From Candidatus Latescibacterota bacterium (GTDB lineage: Bacteria; Latescibacterota; UBA2968; UBA8231), in the NCBI GenBank assembly GCA_965248265.1, contig CBDFJF010000002.1:96001-160000 (forward strand): 64,000 nucleotides of DNA, in the 5' to 3' direction. Below the pieces are notes generated by a model, which had not been told where the DNA came from, made no database searches, and was given only the letters and a program-made list of their open reading frames with translations. The translations under genes and the position numbers were made by a program. Shown here in pieces: positions 30,424 through 39,534 of the stretch (the stretch's first letter is position 1; every line of letters starts with the position of its first letter).

Positions 30424-30582
30424 ATGAATCAGCAGGTGACCATCTATCACAACCCGGCATGCAGCAAAAGCCGGGAGACCCTCGAGCTCTTGAGAGGGCG
30501 CGTCGGGGAACCCGAAATCGTCGAGTACCTGCAGACCCCACCCGATGCCGAGCGAATCGGACACCTGCAGGACATGCTGTAG
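30424..30582 (+). pseudogene. arsC: Truncated ArsC/YfgD-family (glutaredoxin-type arsenate reductase) fragment, 52 aa
   Basis: VTIYHNPACSKSRETLELL...EYLQTPP then a stop at about half normal length; purN follows directly. Confidence 0.7.
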
Positions 30583-30590
30583 GAGTCGCA

Positions 30591-31196
30591 ATGATGCTGG
30601 AGCTGGCCATCCTCGCCTCCGGGTCGGGGTCGAACATGCAGTCGATCGTCGATGCCTGTCGCGACGGCAGTCTGCAGGCTTCTGTCCGCCTTGTCATCGG
30701 CAACAACTCAAAATCAGGGGTACTCGACCGGGCCCGAGCTGCCGGCATTCCGACGATTCATATGAGTGGCAAAACCCACCCTGATGCCGCTGAGTTAGAT
30801 CAGGCCATGGCCCGCGCCCTGGGTGAGTCAGGCGCACAGGTTGTCTGTCTGTCCGGTTACATGAAGCTGCTGGGTCCTCGCACGTTGGCGGCTTACGATG
30901 GTCGAATACTGAATATCCATCCAGGGTTGCTGCCAAAACATGGGGGGAAGGGGTTTTTCGGCAGGGCCGTGCACGAGGCGGTACTTGCTGCCGGAGACAC
31001 GGAGAGCGGTCCCACCGTTCACCTTGTCGATGAGATCTATGACCACGGACAGGTTCTGGCGCAATCACGGGTGTCGGTATTATGCGATGACACACCCGAT
31101 TCGCTGGCGGTGCGGGTTCTGGAGCAGGAGCATCTACTGTACGTGGACACTCTACGACGAATCGCGACTGGTGAGATCGAGTTGTCGGGGCTGTAG
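30591..31196 (+). CDS. purN: Phosphoribosylglycinamide formyltransferase
   Basis: ASGSGSNMQ, LSGYMK, LNIHPGLLP, GPTVHLVDEIYDHG, EQEH. Confidence 0.95.
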   Translation: MMLELAILASGSGSNMQSIVDACRDGSLQASVRLVIGNNSKSGVLDRARAAGIPTIHMSGKTHPDAAELDQAMARALGESGAQVVCLSGYMKLLGPRTLAAYDGRILNIHPGLLPKHGGKGFFGRAVHEAVLAAGDTESGPTVHLVDEIYDHGQVLAQSRVSVLCDDTPDSLAVRVLEQEHLLYVDTLRRIATGEIELSGL

Positions 31197-31206
31197 CAGC
31201 CTGCGT

Positions 31207-32550
31207 CTAGCTCGGAGGGCGCAGGCAAAAGCGCATGGGGTCGCCGAGCCGCTGGTCGATGGCGATCGGATCCAGACCTGAATGAGTCCGCACCCAATCG
31301 ACCTCATCCGCCAGGACGGAGTCGAAGATCCCCGGATCATCAGCGCCGATGACGACGTCGACGCCGGATGCCAGCAGGCGATGCATCGAGTGCTGAGCCG
31401 GGTCAGTGACGCCACCGAGGACTCGATTGGATGTAGGGCAGATCTCGATCACGGTGCCGAGCTGTTCGAGGGCGTTGAGGGCGAAATCCTGGCGGCGACG
31501 AATTTCTGCGATGCGATCCGATGAGTAGGGACGTCGAATGGCGCCGCGTTTGTCTTTGGATCGAAGCTGTTCACGCTCCCGTTCGAGTTCGGCCTCATCG
31601 ATCTTGACTCCGCGCGCGCTCAGAGCTTCGGCGTGGCGCAGGTCGTAATCGATCTGATCCAATCTTTCTGAGACCATCTCCGTCTCGTGTGCGCCCGGGC
31701 GCCTAGCCAGCGAGACTTCCGGATCGAGTCCCAGCGCGATGGCGTGACCGATGCGGCGTGCCCCGAGTTGTCCGGCTTCATGGCACCAACGAACAGCGCT
31801 CTCCAGAGATTTGTCGAAGTACATCTCGCCGACATGGTAGACGACGTCCAGATGTTGTTGAGGGTCGGCGTCGTTGTCGTTGCGTAGATGCTCGAAGACC
31901 GAACGCGCGCTCTTTGGAGGATGTCCCTCCTCGACGTTGCAGAAATCCAGTCCGACGATGGTGTCGCGCAGATCCGGGTTATCGGCCAGCAGCCGTCGTA
32001 CCAGGCCGTAGCCGATCTGCGGCTCCCAGCGTGGCACGGAGATGATGTAGTTGGCGTTGAAGCCTGCCCCCGACGCGTTCCTGAGGATCTGAGCGTTGGC
32101 GCGGTGGAAGGAAGTGAAGCCGTTTGGATCGGCGCTGGCGCCGCCAGAGTACATGGCTCGGTACTCAACGTAGCGCAGCCCCTCGGCGCGGTGCCGGTCG
32201 ACGACACGGCGAACCAGTTCGCTCTCTCGCTCGAGTACATCCCGCCAATGCCGGTAGAGGCAGATCATCAGGTTCATCTTGGTCATGAACCGTTCGAAGT
32301 CCGGACCGTCGGCTTCCCCATGTATGTAATGGCGGCGCAGCGGTTCCGGACTGCCTTGCCGCACGGCCGTGCGGAACAGATCTACCGGGTCAATGGGGGT
32401 ATCGGGATAGACGAGGTCATGAGCTTCCTGGAAGAGAGCCCAATCCACGTCGCCATAGACCTCGCGGCCCATGTCGAACAGGTCTTCCAGGTGAAAGCAG
32501 CCACCGATGTGGACGTGTAATTCACATTCGTGCGGCAGGCATTCCTTCAA
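31207..32550 (-). CDS. Adenosine deaminase-like metallo-amidohydrolase with internal insertion
   Basis: ELHVHIGG, YVEYR, HVGE, RRIGHA, EICPTSN, GADDPG; TTG start with GGAG RBS. Confidence 0.85.
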   Translation of the reverse strand: MKECLPHECELHVHIGGCFHLEDLFDMGREVYGDVDWALFQEAHDLVYPDTPIDPVDLFRTAVRQGSPEPLRRHYIHGEADGPDFERFMTKMNLMICLYRHWRDVLERESELVRRVVDRHRAEGLRYVEYRAMYSGGASADPNGFTSFHRANAQILRNASGAGFNANYIISVPRWEPQIGYGLVRRLLADNPDLRDTIVGLDFCNVEEGHPPKSARSVFEHLRNDNDADPQQHLDVVYHVGEMYFDKSLESAVRWCHEAGQLGARRIGHAIALGLDPEVSLARRPGAHETEMVSERLDQIDYDLRHAEALSARGVKIDEAELEREREQLRSKDKRGAIRRPYSSDRIAEIRRRQDFALNALEQLGTVIEICPTSNRVLGGVTDPAQHSMHRLLASGVDVVIGADDPGIFDSVLADEVDWVRTHSGLDPIAIDQRLGDPMRFCLRPPS

Positions 32551-32570
32551 TCGGATCTCCGCTGTCGGCG

Positions 32571-33776
32571 TTAGGCCTGGCCGGCATCCTCCTGCTGGTA
32601 GTGCTGGGCCAGGATCTCGGCGACTTCCGGGCGGGCGAATTCGGGCGGCAGTGCTTCGCCTCCGGCCAGCATGTCGCGGACCTTGGTTCCTGAGAGGAAG
32701 AGGAAATCCTCAGGGGTGTGGTCTGGCGCATCACGCAGCATGACGACCTTCTTCAACTTCTTAGACCAGGCGGTGTGGTCACCGCGATAGATCTCGATTT
32801 CCAGAGCGCCATCCGGGACATCGTCGAAAACCTCCTGGGCGTCGAAGGCTCCGTAGTAGTCGCCGACGCCGGCGTGGTCGCGGCCGACGATGAGGTGGGT
32901 GCAGCCGGCGTTCTGACGGAAGATGGCGTGCAGGACGGCTTCGCGCGGTCCGGCATAGAGCATGTCGAAGCCATACCCGGCCACCATGACGGTATCGGCG
33001 GGAAAATAGACCTCCACCATTTTACGGATCGCCGCATCACGAACGTCAGCAGGAATGTCGCCCGGTTTCAGTTTGCCGAGCAGCATGTGAATGAGGATGG
33101 CGTCGGCATTGACGTTCTGCTGAGCCATGCGGCACAGCTCCTCGTGTGCCCGATGCATGGGATTGCGTGTCTGGAAGGCGACGACCGTGTTCCAGCCTTT
33201 GTCTTCGAACTCCGACCGAATCTGGCCCGCTGTCCGAAACGTATCAGGAAAATCGGTCGGGAAGTATGAATAGCTCAGGACCTGAACCGGCCCCGAAATC
33301 AAGGTGTCGCCCATGGCGTTCAAGGCGGCGATTCCGGGATGCTCAGGGTCATCGGTCCGGAATACCTGCTCGATGACGAGCTTCCGGTCCTCGTCCGAGA
33401 GCTTCTCGATCTTGGATACTTCCTGAACGGCGAGGACGGGGTTGCCGTCCACGTTGGGGTCGCACAGGACGATGCGGCTGCCGGCCTCGACGCCCGCGGG
33501 TACCTGGTCGGCAGGTATGATGTTGACGACAGGCACGGGCCACAACAATCCCCCCGGCAGTTTCATGTCAGTCGCGACGCTGCGCAACTCTTCCAGGTTC
33601 ATGTACCCGGACAGCGGCGTGAAGTACCCAGACGCCAGCATGACCGCTGAAGCCGCCGCGCCCGAGGCGATGGTGATGCGAGGCAGGTCTGCTGCCTGTT
33701 CGGTCAGGTCTGCACGTGCCTGGTCACCGGCGACGTAGAGTGGATTCAAGGCGTCCGCGCCGTGTGGCTTTATCAT
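32571..33776 (-). CDS. sat: Sulfate adenylyltransferase (ATP sulfurylase)
   Basis: AFQTRNPMHRAHE, YAGPREAVLHA, VGRDHAGVGDYY, LSGTKVR, RPEVA. Confidence 0.96.
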   Translation of the reverse strand: MIKPHGADALNPLYVAGDQARADLTEQAADLPRITIASGAAASAVMLASGYFTPLSGYMNLEELRSVATDMKLPGGLLWPVPVVNIIPADQVPAGVEAGSRIVLCDPNVDGNPVLAVQEVSKIEKLSDEDRKLVIEQVFRTDDPEHPGIAALNAMGDTLISGPVQVLSYSYFPTDFPDTFRTAGQIRSEFEDKGWNTVVAFQTRNPMHRAHEELCRMAQQNVNADAILIHMLLGKLKPGDIPADVRDAAIRKMVEVYFPADTVMVAGYGFDMLYAGPREAVLHAIFRQNAGCTHLIVGRDHAGVGDYYGAFDAQEVFDDVPDGALEIEIYRGDHTAWSKKLKKVVMLRDAPDHTPEDFLFLSGTKVRDMLAGGEALPPEFARPEVAEILAQHYQQEDAGQA

Positions 33777-33797
33777 TTTGCTCTGCACTCCTGTATT

Positions 33798-34661
33798 TCA
33801 GTGAATGGGGATGCCGGCGTCGGCCAGGATGGTATGAACGTTGGCAGCCGCCTCGGGATACTGCTCGTCGGCCAGGTGTTCCAGCAGCATGTAGCCGTCG
33901 GGGAACTGCTCCTGCCAACGCCGCAGCGCCGTGACCATGTCGAGTTGGCCCTGCCCGGGCATTCTCTCGTTGAGGTGGAGGGTCAGGCCACTGTCCACCA
34001 CCATGTCCTTGCAATGTCCGACACCCGAAACGGGTCCCATGACGTCGTAAATGTGATTGAGCCGATCGGTACTATTGAAAACCTGCTGCATGGTCTGGAA
34101 GTGGTTGACGTAATCCATGACTACGGTAAGGCGATTGGAGCCGACCTGTGCGAGGATGTCGCGATTGCTCTCGGGTGAATCCATGATCGTAAGCAGATGG
34201 GTCTCGATGACGACGGTCACACCCTCTGCTTCGGCTCTGGGGGCCACGCGGCCCAGGGTGTCGATCAGGCGTTTCCGAGCCTCGGGCGTATGGTTTGCCG
34301 GGTCCGGGGCGTAGGAACCGTCGGGGTTGAGACTGCCGGGCCTTATGAGGACGAAGTGAGCGTCCAGCGCCCCCCCCACTTCGATGCCCCGGCCGATCAA
34401 CTCGACCACCTGATCACGCACCGCCGCATCCGGATCGAACAGACACTCTCCATAGCTGACAGCGAACTGAACCAGGTCCATTTCCGCCGCTCGCAACAAG
34501 GCCTTTAACTCGACGCAATCGGCCGCGGTGATGCCGGATAGCTCCCGTGCCGCGGCCCGGGAGCCAATGCCGGTCAGCTTCAGGTCGCGAACCGCACGCA
34601 GGTGTTGTTCGGTGATGTCACGTGGATCCGGGGGAAGCATTCCCACTATTCCCAGACGCAT
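33798..34661 (-). CDS. Sugar phosphate isomerase/epimerase family TIM barrel
   Basis: Metal ligand pattern IETH, MDYVN, HCKD, G.GQLD, LLEH. Confidence 0.85.
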   Translation of the reverse strand: MRLGIVGMLPPDPRDITEQHLRAVRDLKLTGIGSRAAARELSGITAADCVELKALLRAAEMDLVQFAVSYGECLFDPDAAVRDQVVELIGRGIEVGGALDAHFVLIRPGSLNPDGSYAPDPANHTPEARKRLIDTLGRVAPRAEAEGVTVVIETHLLTIMDSPESNRDILAQVGSNRLTVVMDYVNHFQTMQQVFNSTDRLNHIYDVMGPVSGVGHCKDMVVDSGLTLHLNERMPGQGQLDMVTALRRWQEQFPDGYMLLEHLADEQYPEAAANVHTILADAGIPIH

Positions 34662-34871
34662 TTACCGTCTCCTGACACCGACGCGATGGCGTGACGCCAT
34701 CGCGGACGCAAAAGCATTTCAACATAAGGGATTGGTAAGGGCTGGCAAGCCTGGCTCTTGCTGAGTGCCATGTAGTCTCATACTCTATAAGCCGATCGCC
34801 TCCCCGCAGTTACGCACGCCTTCCAGGCGCAGATCCCGGTCGCCGATGACGGCACAGCTTTCCGAGAATCG

Positions 34872-35744
34872 ATGGAAATAGTCACCCTGTTGTGCATCAG
34901 TGCCGCATCCGGATTGTACACGTCTCTGTGGGGCGCCTTCAAGGACAGCCCGTATGAGGGTTTTAAGGCGGGCACCTTTCCGCGCAGCATCTACTTCAGC
35001 CTCGTTATCTGCCTGACGATGTACGCGGCGCCTCTTTTTCGAGATGCGCTGCTGTCCCTGGGCTGGTTTCAGGTGTTTTTCCTGGTCATGGGGTTGGAAC
35101 GTTTTCTGGCCGAGCTCTACAAGGGGTTTTTCCGATCTGAAGAACAGGCCAAGTATTTCGTACCGTCCCGAATCACGTTCTTCGGCCATCATGTGCAAAG
35201 CGATCTGCTTCGCTATGCGGTCGGTGTCGTCCTGGTGGCCGTCGTTTTCGCCGCCCTGCTGGTGCGAGCGCCGGTGCAGGACTTCCTGTTCTTCGCCGCC
35301 GTCGCCTATGGCACGGGGCTGATCGTCTCTCTCGGGGGCGCCTACAAGGACGCACCGTTCGAAGGCTTCAAGCCGCTGAAGTTCCAGCGCTCTGGATTCG
35401 TGCTCGCGGCCTTGAGTCCCCTGCTGTACTGGATCAATGACGGTGGGAATCCGGTTACGGTGGGGTTTCTCGTATACATGAACGGGGGTCTGGAACGGTT
35501 CTCCGTCGAGTACTACAAAACTTATGTACAGCGCAACATGTCGGGGAAGTTCCGTCCGGATCTGCGCCGACAGGATGAGGCTGCCCGAAAACGCGAGAAA
35601 TTTCACTACGGTGCTCTCGTCATCATCGCCGCTCTGGTGCTGGTCTATTTGATCGAATGCAAAGACCAGGGGGCAGCTGCACCAACCGACGTGACGCTCT
35701 CTTTGGCGTTCCCGCCTTCTTCTTGCGCTACGATGCCATCATAG
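34872..35744 (+). CDS. Hypothetical polytopic membrane protein with two internal repeats
   Basis: About 7 hydrophobic segments; repeats GAFKDSPYEGFK...GLERFLAELYK and GAYKDAPFEGFK...GLERFSVEYYK. Confidence 0.75.
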   Translation: MEIVTLLCISAASGLYTSLWGAFKDSPYEGFKAGTFPRSIYFSLVICLTMYAAPLFRDALLSLGWFQVFFLVMGLERFLAELYKGFFRSEEQAKYFVPSRITFFGHHVQSDLLRYAVGVVLVAVVFAALLVRAPVQDFLFFAAVAYGTGLIVSLGGAYKDAPFEGFKPLKFQRSGFVLAALSPLLYWINDGGNPVTVGFLVYMNGGLERFSVEYYKTYVQRNMSGKFRPDLRRQDEAARKREKFHYGALVIIAALVLVYLIECKDQGAAAPTDVTLSLAFPPSSCATMPS

Positions 35745-37216
35745 TCGGCTCCGGCTTCGGAGCCGCCGCCACCGCCCTCCGCCTGATCGAGGCTGGGTTG
35801 AGTACGCTCATGCTGGAGCGTGGCCGTCCTGCGAAGAGAGATACTCTGGATTGGGACCAACGGCAGATCCTGGTCGACAAGCGGTATCGCAGCCCTTCAC
35901 CGCTGCGGGTGCGCCAGTACGGCAAGCGAAAGTACGAGACCGAGTATCCGAACGAAGTCCTGGGTGGGATGTCCGTGTTCTACGGGGGAGCGTCGCTGCG
36001 ATTGCGCGAACGTGATTTCAATCGGTGGCCCATCGACTATGCCGACATGGAGCCCTACTACTGTCAGGCTGAAGCGGCTCTGAGTGTTCATGGCATAGCC
36101 GGTCAGGACCTCTGCGAGCCGCCGCGCAGTCAACCCTATCCATACGAGCCGCCCGAGTTGGCGGTGCCGGCGCAGCGCATTCGTGATGCCGGTGAGAGGC
36201 TCGGGCTGCGGCCTTTCCCGATTCCGCTGGCGATTAATTTTAGTGACAGCAGGCGCCCGTTGTGTATACGATGTAACACGTGCGATGGCTTTCCCTGCAA
36301 GATCGAGGCTAAGAATGACGTCACTGCCACCCTGTTGCACCAGGCACAGACCCAGGGACTGGAGATCATCACCGGGGCCATCGTCGTGCGCCTGGAGTCG
36401 CGCGCCGATGCGGTGACGACGGCTGTCTGCATCGACGCTGAGTCAGGCCAGGAGCGCCGCTTCGAAGGCTCCGTGTTCGCGATGGCCGCCGGGGCTCTGA
36501 ACAGTCCGGGCATACTGCAACGCTCTGGCATTCGTTCCACTGCCGAGCACGATCCGGTCGGTCGCTATCTCATGCGTCACTGCAACGCGGTGGTCACCGG
36601 CATCTTTCCCTTCCACACGAATCCAGAGCAGGTCTTCCACAAGCAGCTGTGTTTCACTGACTACTACGGCGATGGCGATGAGGCAGGGCCTGCAACCGGC
36701 ATCATACAGGACATCTACACGCCCTCCGCTCCCGTCATCAGACACTTCGCGCCGTTCGGGGTCAGGTCTCTGGCCGGCCGCTTGACCCGGTACATGCAGA
36801 ATTTGCTGTGCGTGGCCGAAGACGAGCCCCGGTACGAGAACCGTGTCGGTACCGGTGATGACCTCGATCGCTTCGGCATTCCCACGACGACGGTCGACCA
36901 TGCCTACTCGGATGCTGACATCGACCGCCGGCAACGATTGGTCGAGCATGCCCGGCGAATTCTCAAGTCCGCCGGGGCCATGGTTACGAGGGTCTACGAA
37001 ATTGACACTTTTTCCCACGCCATCGGTACGATCCGCTTCGGCGACTCGAAGGCAGACTCCGCGCTGGATGAGAACTGTCGCTTCCGCGGACTCGACAACC
37101 TGTTTGTCACGGACGGCAGCTTCATGGCGACATCAGCTGGCGTGAATCCGAGTCTGACGATCGCAGCCAATGCCTTTCGCGTCGCCGATCACATCGTCGA
37201 CAACCGGGGTTCATGA
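35723..37216 (+). CDS. GMC-family FAD oxidoreductase
   Basis: [43 protein letters not shown]...NPSLTIAA; TTG start inferred at 35723. Confidence 0.92.
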   Translation: MRYDAIIVGSGFGAAATALRLIEAGLSTLMLERGRPAKRDTLDWDQRQILVDKRYRSPSPLRVRQYGKRKYETEYPNEVLGGMSVFYGGASLRLRERDFNRWPIDYADMEPYYCQAEAALSVHGIAGQDLCEPPRSQPYPYEPPELAVPAQRIRDAGERLGLRPFPIPLAINFSDSRRPLCIRCNTCDGFPCKIEAKNDVTATLLHQAQTQGLEIITGAIVVRLESRADAVTTAVCIDAESGQERRFEGSVFAMAAGALNSPGILQRSGIRSTAEHDPVGRYLMRHCNAVVTGIFPFHTNPEQVFHKQLCFTDYYGDGDEAGPATGIIQDIYTPSAPVIRHFAPFGVRSLAGRLTRYMQNLLCVAEDEPRYENRVGTGDDLDRFGIPTTTVDHAYSDADIDRRQRLVEHARRILKSAGAMVTRVYEIDTFSHAIGTIRFGDSKADSALDENCRFRGLDNLFVTDGSFMATSAGVNPSLTIAANAFRVADHIVDNRGS

Positions 37217-38205
37217 CGCGCGTCGGAATCATCGGCTGCGGCCGCATCGGGCAGGTTCATGCGGCCAATCTCGCGAAGCGGGCACCGCTCGTGTTCTGCA
37301 GCGAGTCAGGCATCAGCGCCCGGCGCCTCCAGAGCAAGTTCGGGGGGGCTGTCTGTGACGATATCGCACAGGTACTGCAAATGGAGGACGTGGACGCCGT
37401 CGTCATCGCCACACCGCCCCACATGCACGCGGCACAGGTCATCGAGTGCCTGGAGGTGGGTAAATCGGTGCTCGTAGAAAAGCCGTTGTGCACGAAGATG
37501 GCGGAAGTGGAGGCCATAGAGCGAGCAGCCAAGGCGGCACCGCCGGGTTGCACCGTGATGGTAGCGGAGAATTATTACTACAAACCCTCGCTGCTGGCGA
37601 TGAAAGCGCTGATCGCCGATGGCCGTCTGGGGCGTCTACGCCGATTGCAGGTCAGTAAACTGACCCGGCAAGTGGATGATGGATGGAAAAGCAACTACGG
37701 GGCGCTGCTGGAAGGCGGGATTCACTTCGTGGCGCTGATTTCAGATCTCGTCGATACCGCGTTGGCAGCTGAATCGGGCGTCCCGGTTTCACCGATTTCC
37801 GTGGAGGCTGACTTCCCCCGCGCAGACACCGGAGTTGGACAGGCCGAGCGGCATTCGGTTACCAGACTGCGCTACGATGACGCCGCCGCCGGCGATATCA
37901 CCGCGACCCTGCACTACGCCTGGGACGTGCCCTCGCTCTTGCGCGGTACCTTCCAGCACTCCCGGGTAGAGGGTGATGGGGGACGGATCGTGTTCGAGAG
38001 CAACGGACTCTATATGCGGTATAGGGGCGCGGGGGCTCGCACAAAGATTCGAGGCCCTCAGTTGGGCGACCTGATGGGGTACGGCGCCATGACCAGCGAT
38101 TTTCTGGCCTGCGTTGCCGAGTCCGGGCGCCGGCCTTATTCCGACCTGGCCAGAGCAAAAAGGGATTTATCCATCGTTTTCGCCGCCTACGGAGAGGACC
38201 ATTGA
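37213..38205 (+). CDS. Gfo/Idh/MocA-family NAD(P)-dependent oxidoreductase
   Basis: [33 protein letters not shown]. Confidence 0.9.
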   Translation: MTRVGIIGCGRIGQVHAANLAKRAPLVFCSESGISARRLQSKFGGAVCDDIAQVLQMEDVDAVVIATPPHMHAAQVIECLEVGKSVLVEKPLCTKMAEVEAIERAAKAAPPGCTVMVAENYYYKPSLLAMKALIADGRLGRLRRLQVSKLTRQVDDGWKSNYGALLEGGIHFVALISDLVDTALAAESGVPVSPISVEADFPRADTGVGQAERHSVTRLRYDDAAAGDITATLHYAWDVPSLLRGTFQHSRVEGDGGRIVFESNGLYMRYRGAGARTKIRGPQLGDLMGYGAMTSDFLACVAESGRRPYSDLARAKRDLSIVFAAYGEDH

Positions 38206-38585
38206 ACCACACGGAAAGCTTTCTGAAACTCGCGGAAGCCGCCAGAAGCTACGTGCAAGAGACGACGATCGCGTACGTGAAGGAGCGTATAGCCCAACAG
38301 AAAGCTCCTGGTGATCTCAACCTCATCGACGTGCGTGAGGACAACGAATGGGAGGCGGGCCATCTCCCCCCGGCCTTACATTTGGGACGAGGTGTCATAG
38401 AGCGTGACATCGAGCAGCACTTCCCGGATTTCGACACCGAGCTCATCCTCTACTGCGGCGGCGGTTACCGCTCCGCCCTGACCGCTGAGAGTCTACAGAA
38501 AATGGGATACACCAATGTCATCTCCATGGATGGTGGATTTCGCGGTTGGTCAGAGGCCGGTTTGCCCGTGGTAGGCGAACCATGA
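38202..38585 (+). CDS. Single-domain rhodanese/sulfurtransferase
   Basis: [23 protein letters not shown] active loop, GGFRGW. Confidence 0.93.
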   Translation: MNHTESFLKLAEAARSYVQETTIAYVKERIAQQKAPGDLNLIDVREDNEWEAGHLPPALHLGRGVIERDIEQHFPDFDTELILYCGGGYRSALTAESLQKMGYTNVISMDGGFRGWSEAGLPVVGEP

Positions 38586-39463
38586 AGAAGACCTTCTTCG
38601 GGCGAGTGCGGTACCTGCTGACGCTGATCCCGTACAAGCTGCTCGACCCATTCTACGTCTTTCTGGACCGGCAGTTCATTCGCCGCAGCAGGAACATCCG
38701 CCTGATTCCGGCAGAGAGTGATCGCCACGGAGGCAAGTACTCCTACGTCGAATGGGGCCACGTCGTCGGTGTTTTCCAGACGTTGATGATGGTTCATCTC
38801 GAACGCAAAGAGGGAAACACGATTCTGGATGTGGGCTCCGGAACCGGACTGCTGTCGATCGCCAGCGAGCCCTTCATCGGCAACGGTGGCCGCTATGTCG
38901 GCATCGATGTCATGGCTCGCGACGTCGCTTTCTGTCGCCGGCACTTCGACAGCAGCCAGTACCACTTCGAGCACCTGGAAGCTTTTAACGCCGAGTACTC
39001 GCCGGGGCAAAGCGATCGGTTGGCTTGGACGGCCGTTGACACCCAGGCCTTCGATCTGGTCATCTCGGTCTCGGTCTGGACGCATTTCAACGAGGATGAT
39101 GGACGGTTTTATCTCAAGGAGGTGGCACGTGCCCTGAAGCCGGGGGGAAAGGCCATCATCTCATTTTTCGTTCTGGATGATGTCTACGAGAACAGTCTCA
39201 CGCGGCGATCCGACAGCAAAGGCCGGTTCCACTCGACGGGACAGCAGGACTGGATTTTCGACACCCCGGCCTACGGGTCCGACGCCTGGTTCTGCACCAG
39301 CTGGTCCAAGGTACCCGAAGCGGCTATCGGCGTGACCAGTGCGGGCCTGGATCGGTTGCTCACCGATAGTGGCCTGCGTCTGCTACAGCATTATCAGGGT
39401 AACTGGAAGGAGATCCCCGGGGTCTACTTTCAGGATGTAGTGGTGTTCGAGAAACCTGAATAA
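38582..39463 (+). CDS. Class I SAM-dependent methyltransferase
   Basis: ILDVGSGTG, YVGIDV, SVWTHF, ALKPGG; resembles glycan-cluster-associated MTases. Confidence 0.9.
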   Translation: MKKTFFGRVRYLLTLIPYKLLDPFYVFLDRQFIRRSRNIRLIPAESDRHGGKYSYVEWGHVVGVFQTLMMVHLERKEGNTILDVGSGTGLLSIASEPFIGNGGRYVGIDVMARDVAFCRRHFDSSQYHFEHLEAFNAEYSPGQSDRLAWTAVDTQAFDLVISVSVWTHFNEDDGRFYLKEVARALKPGGKAIISFFVLDDVYENSLTRRSDSKGRFHSTGQQDWIFDTPAYGSDAWFCTSWSKVPEAAIGVTSAGLDRLLTDSGLRLLQHYQGNWKEIPGVYFQDVVVFEKPE

Positions 39464-39534
39464 TACGGGACACTATGACTGACTGCGAGATGAGCGCAGC
39501 AGCACCATGAATTTCTCGCATAGTCACTGCTCGA

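Noticed and set aside
31207-32550. RADAR defence deaminase RdrB
   Set aside because: Much shorter than RdrB and no adjacent RdrA ATPase
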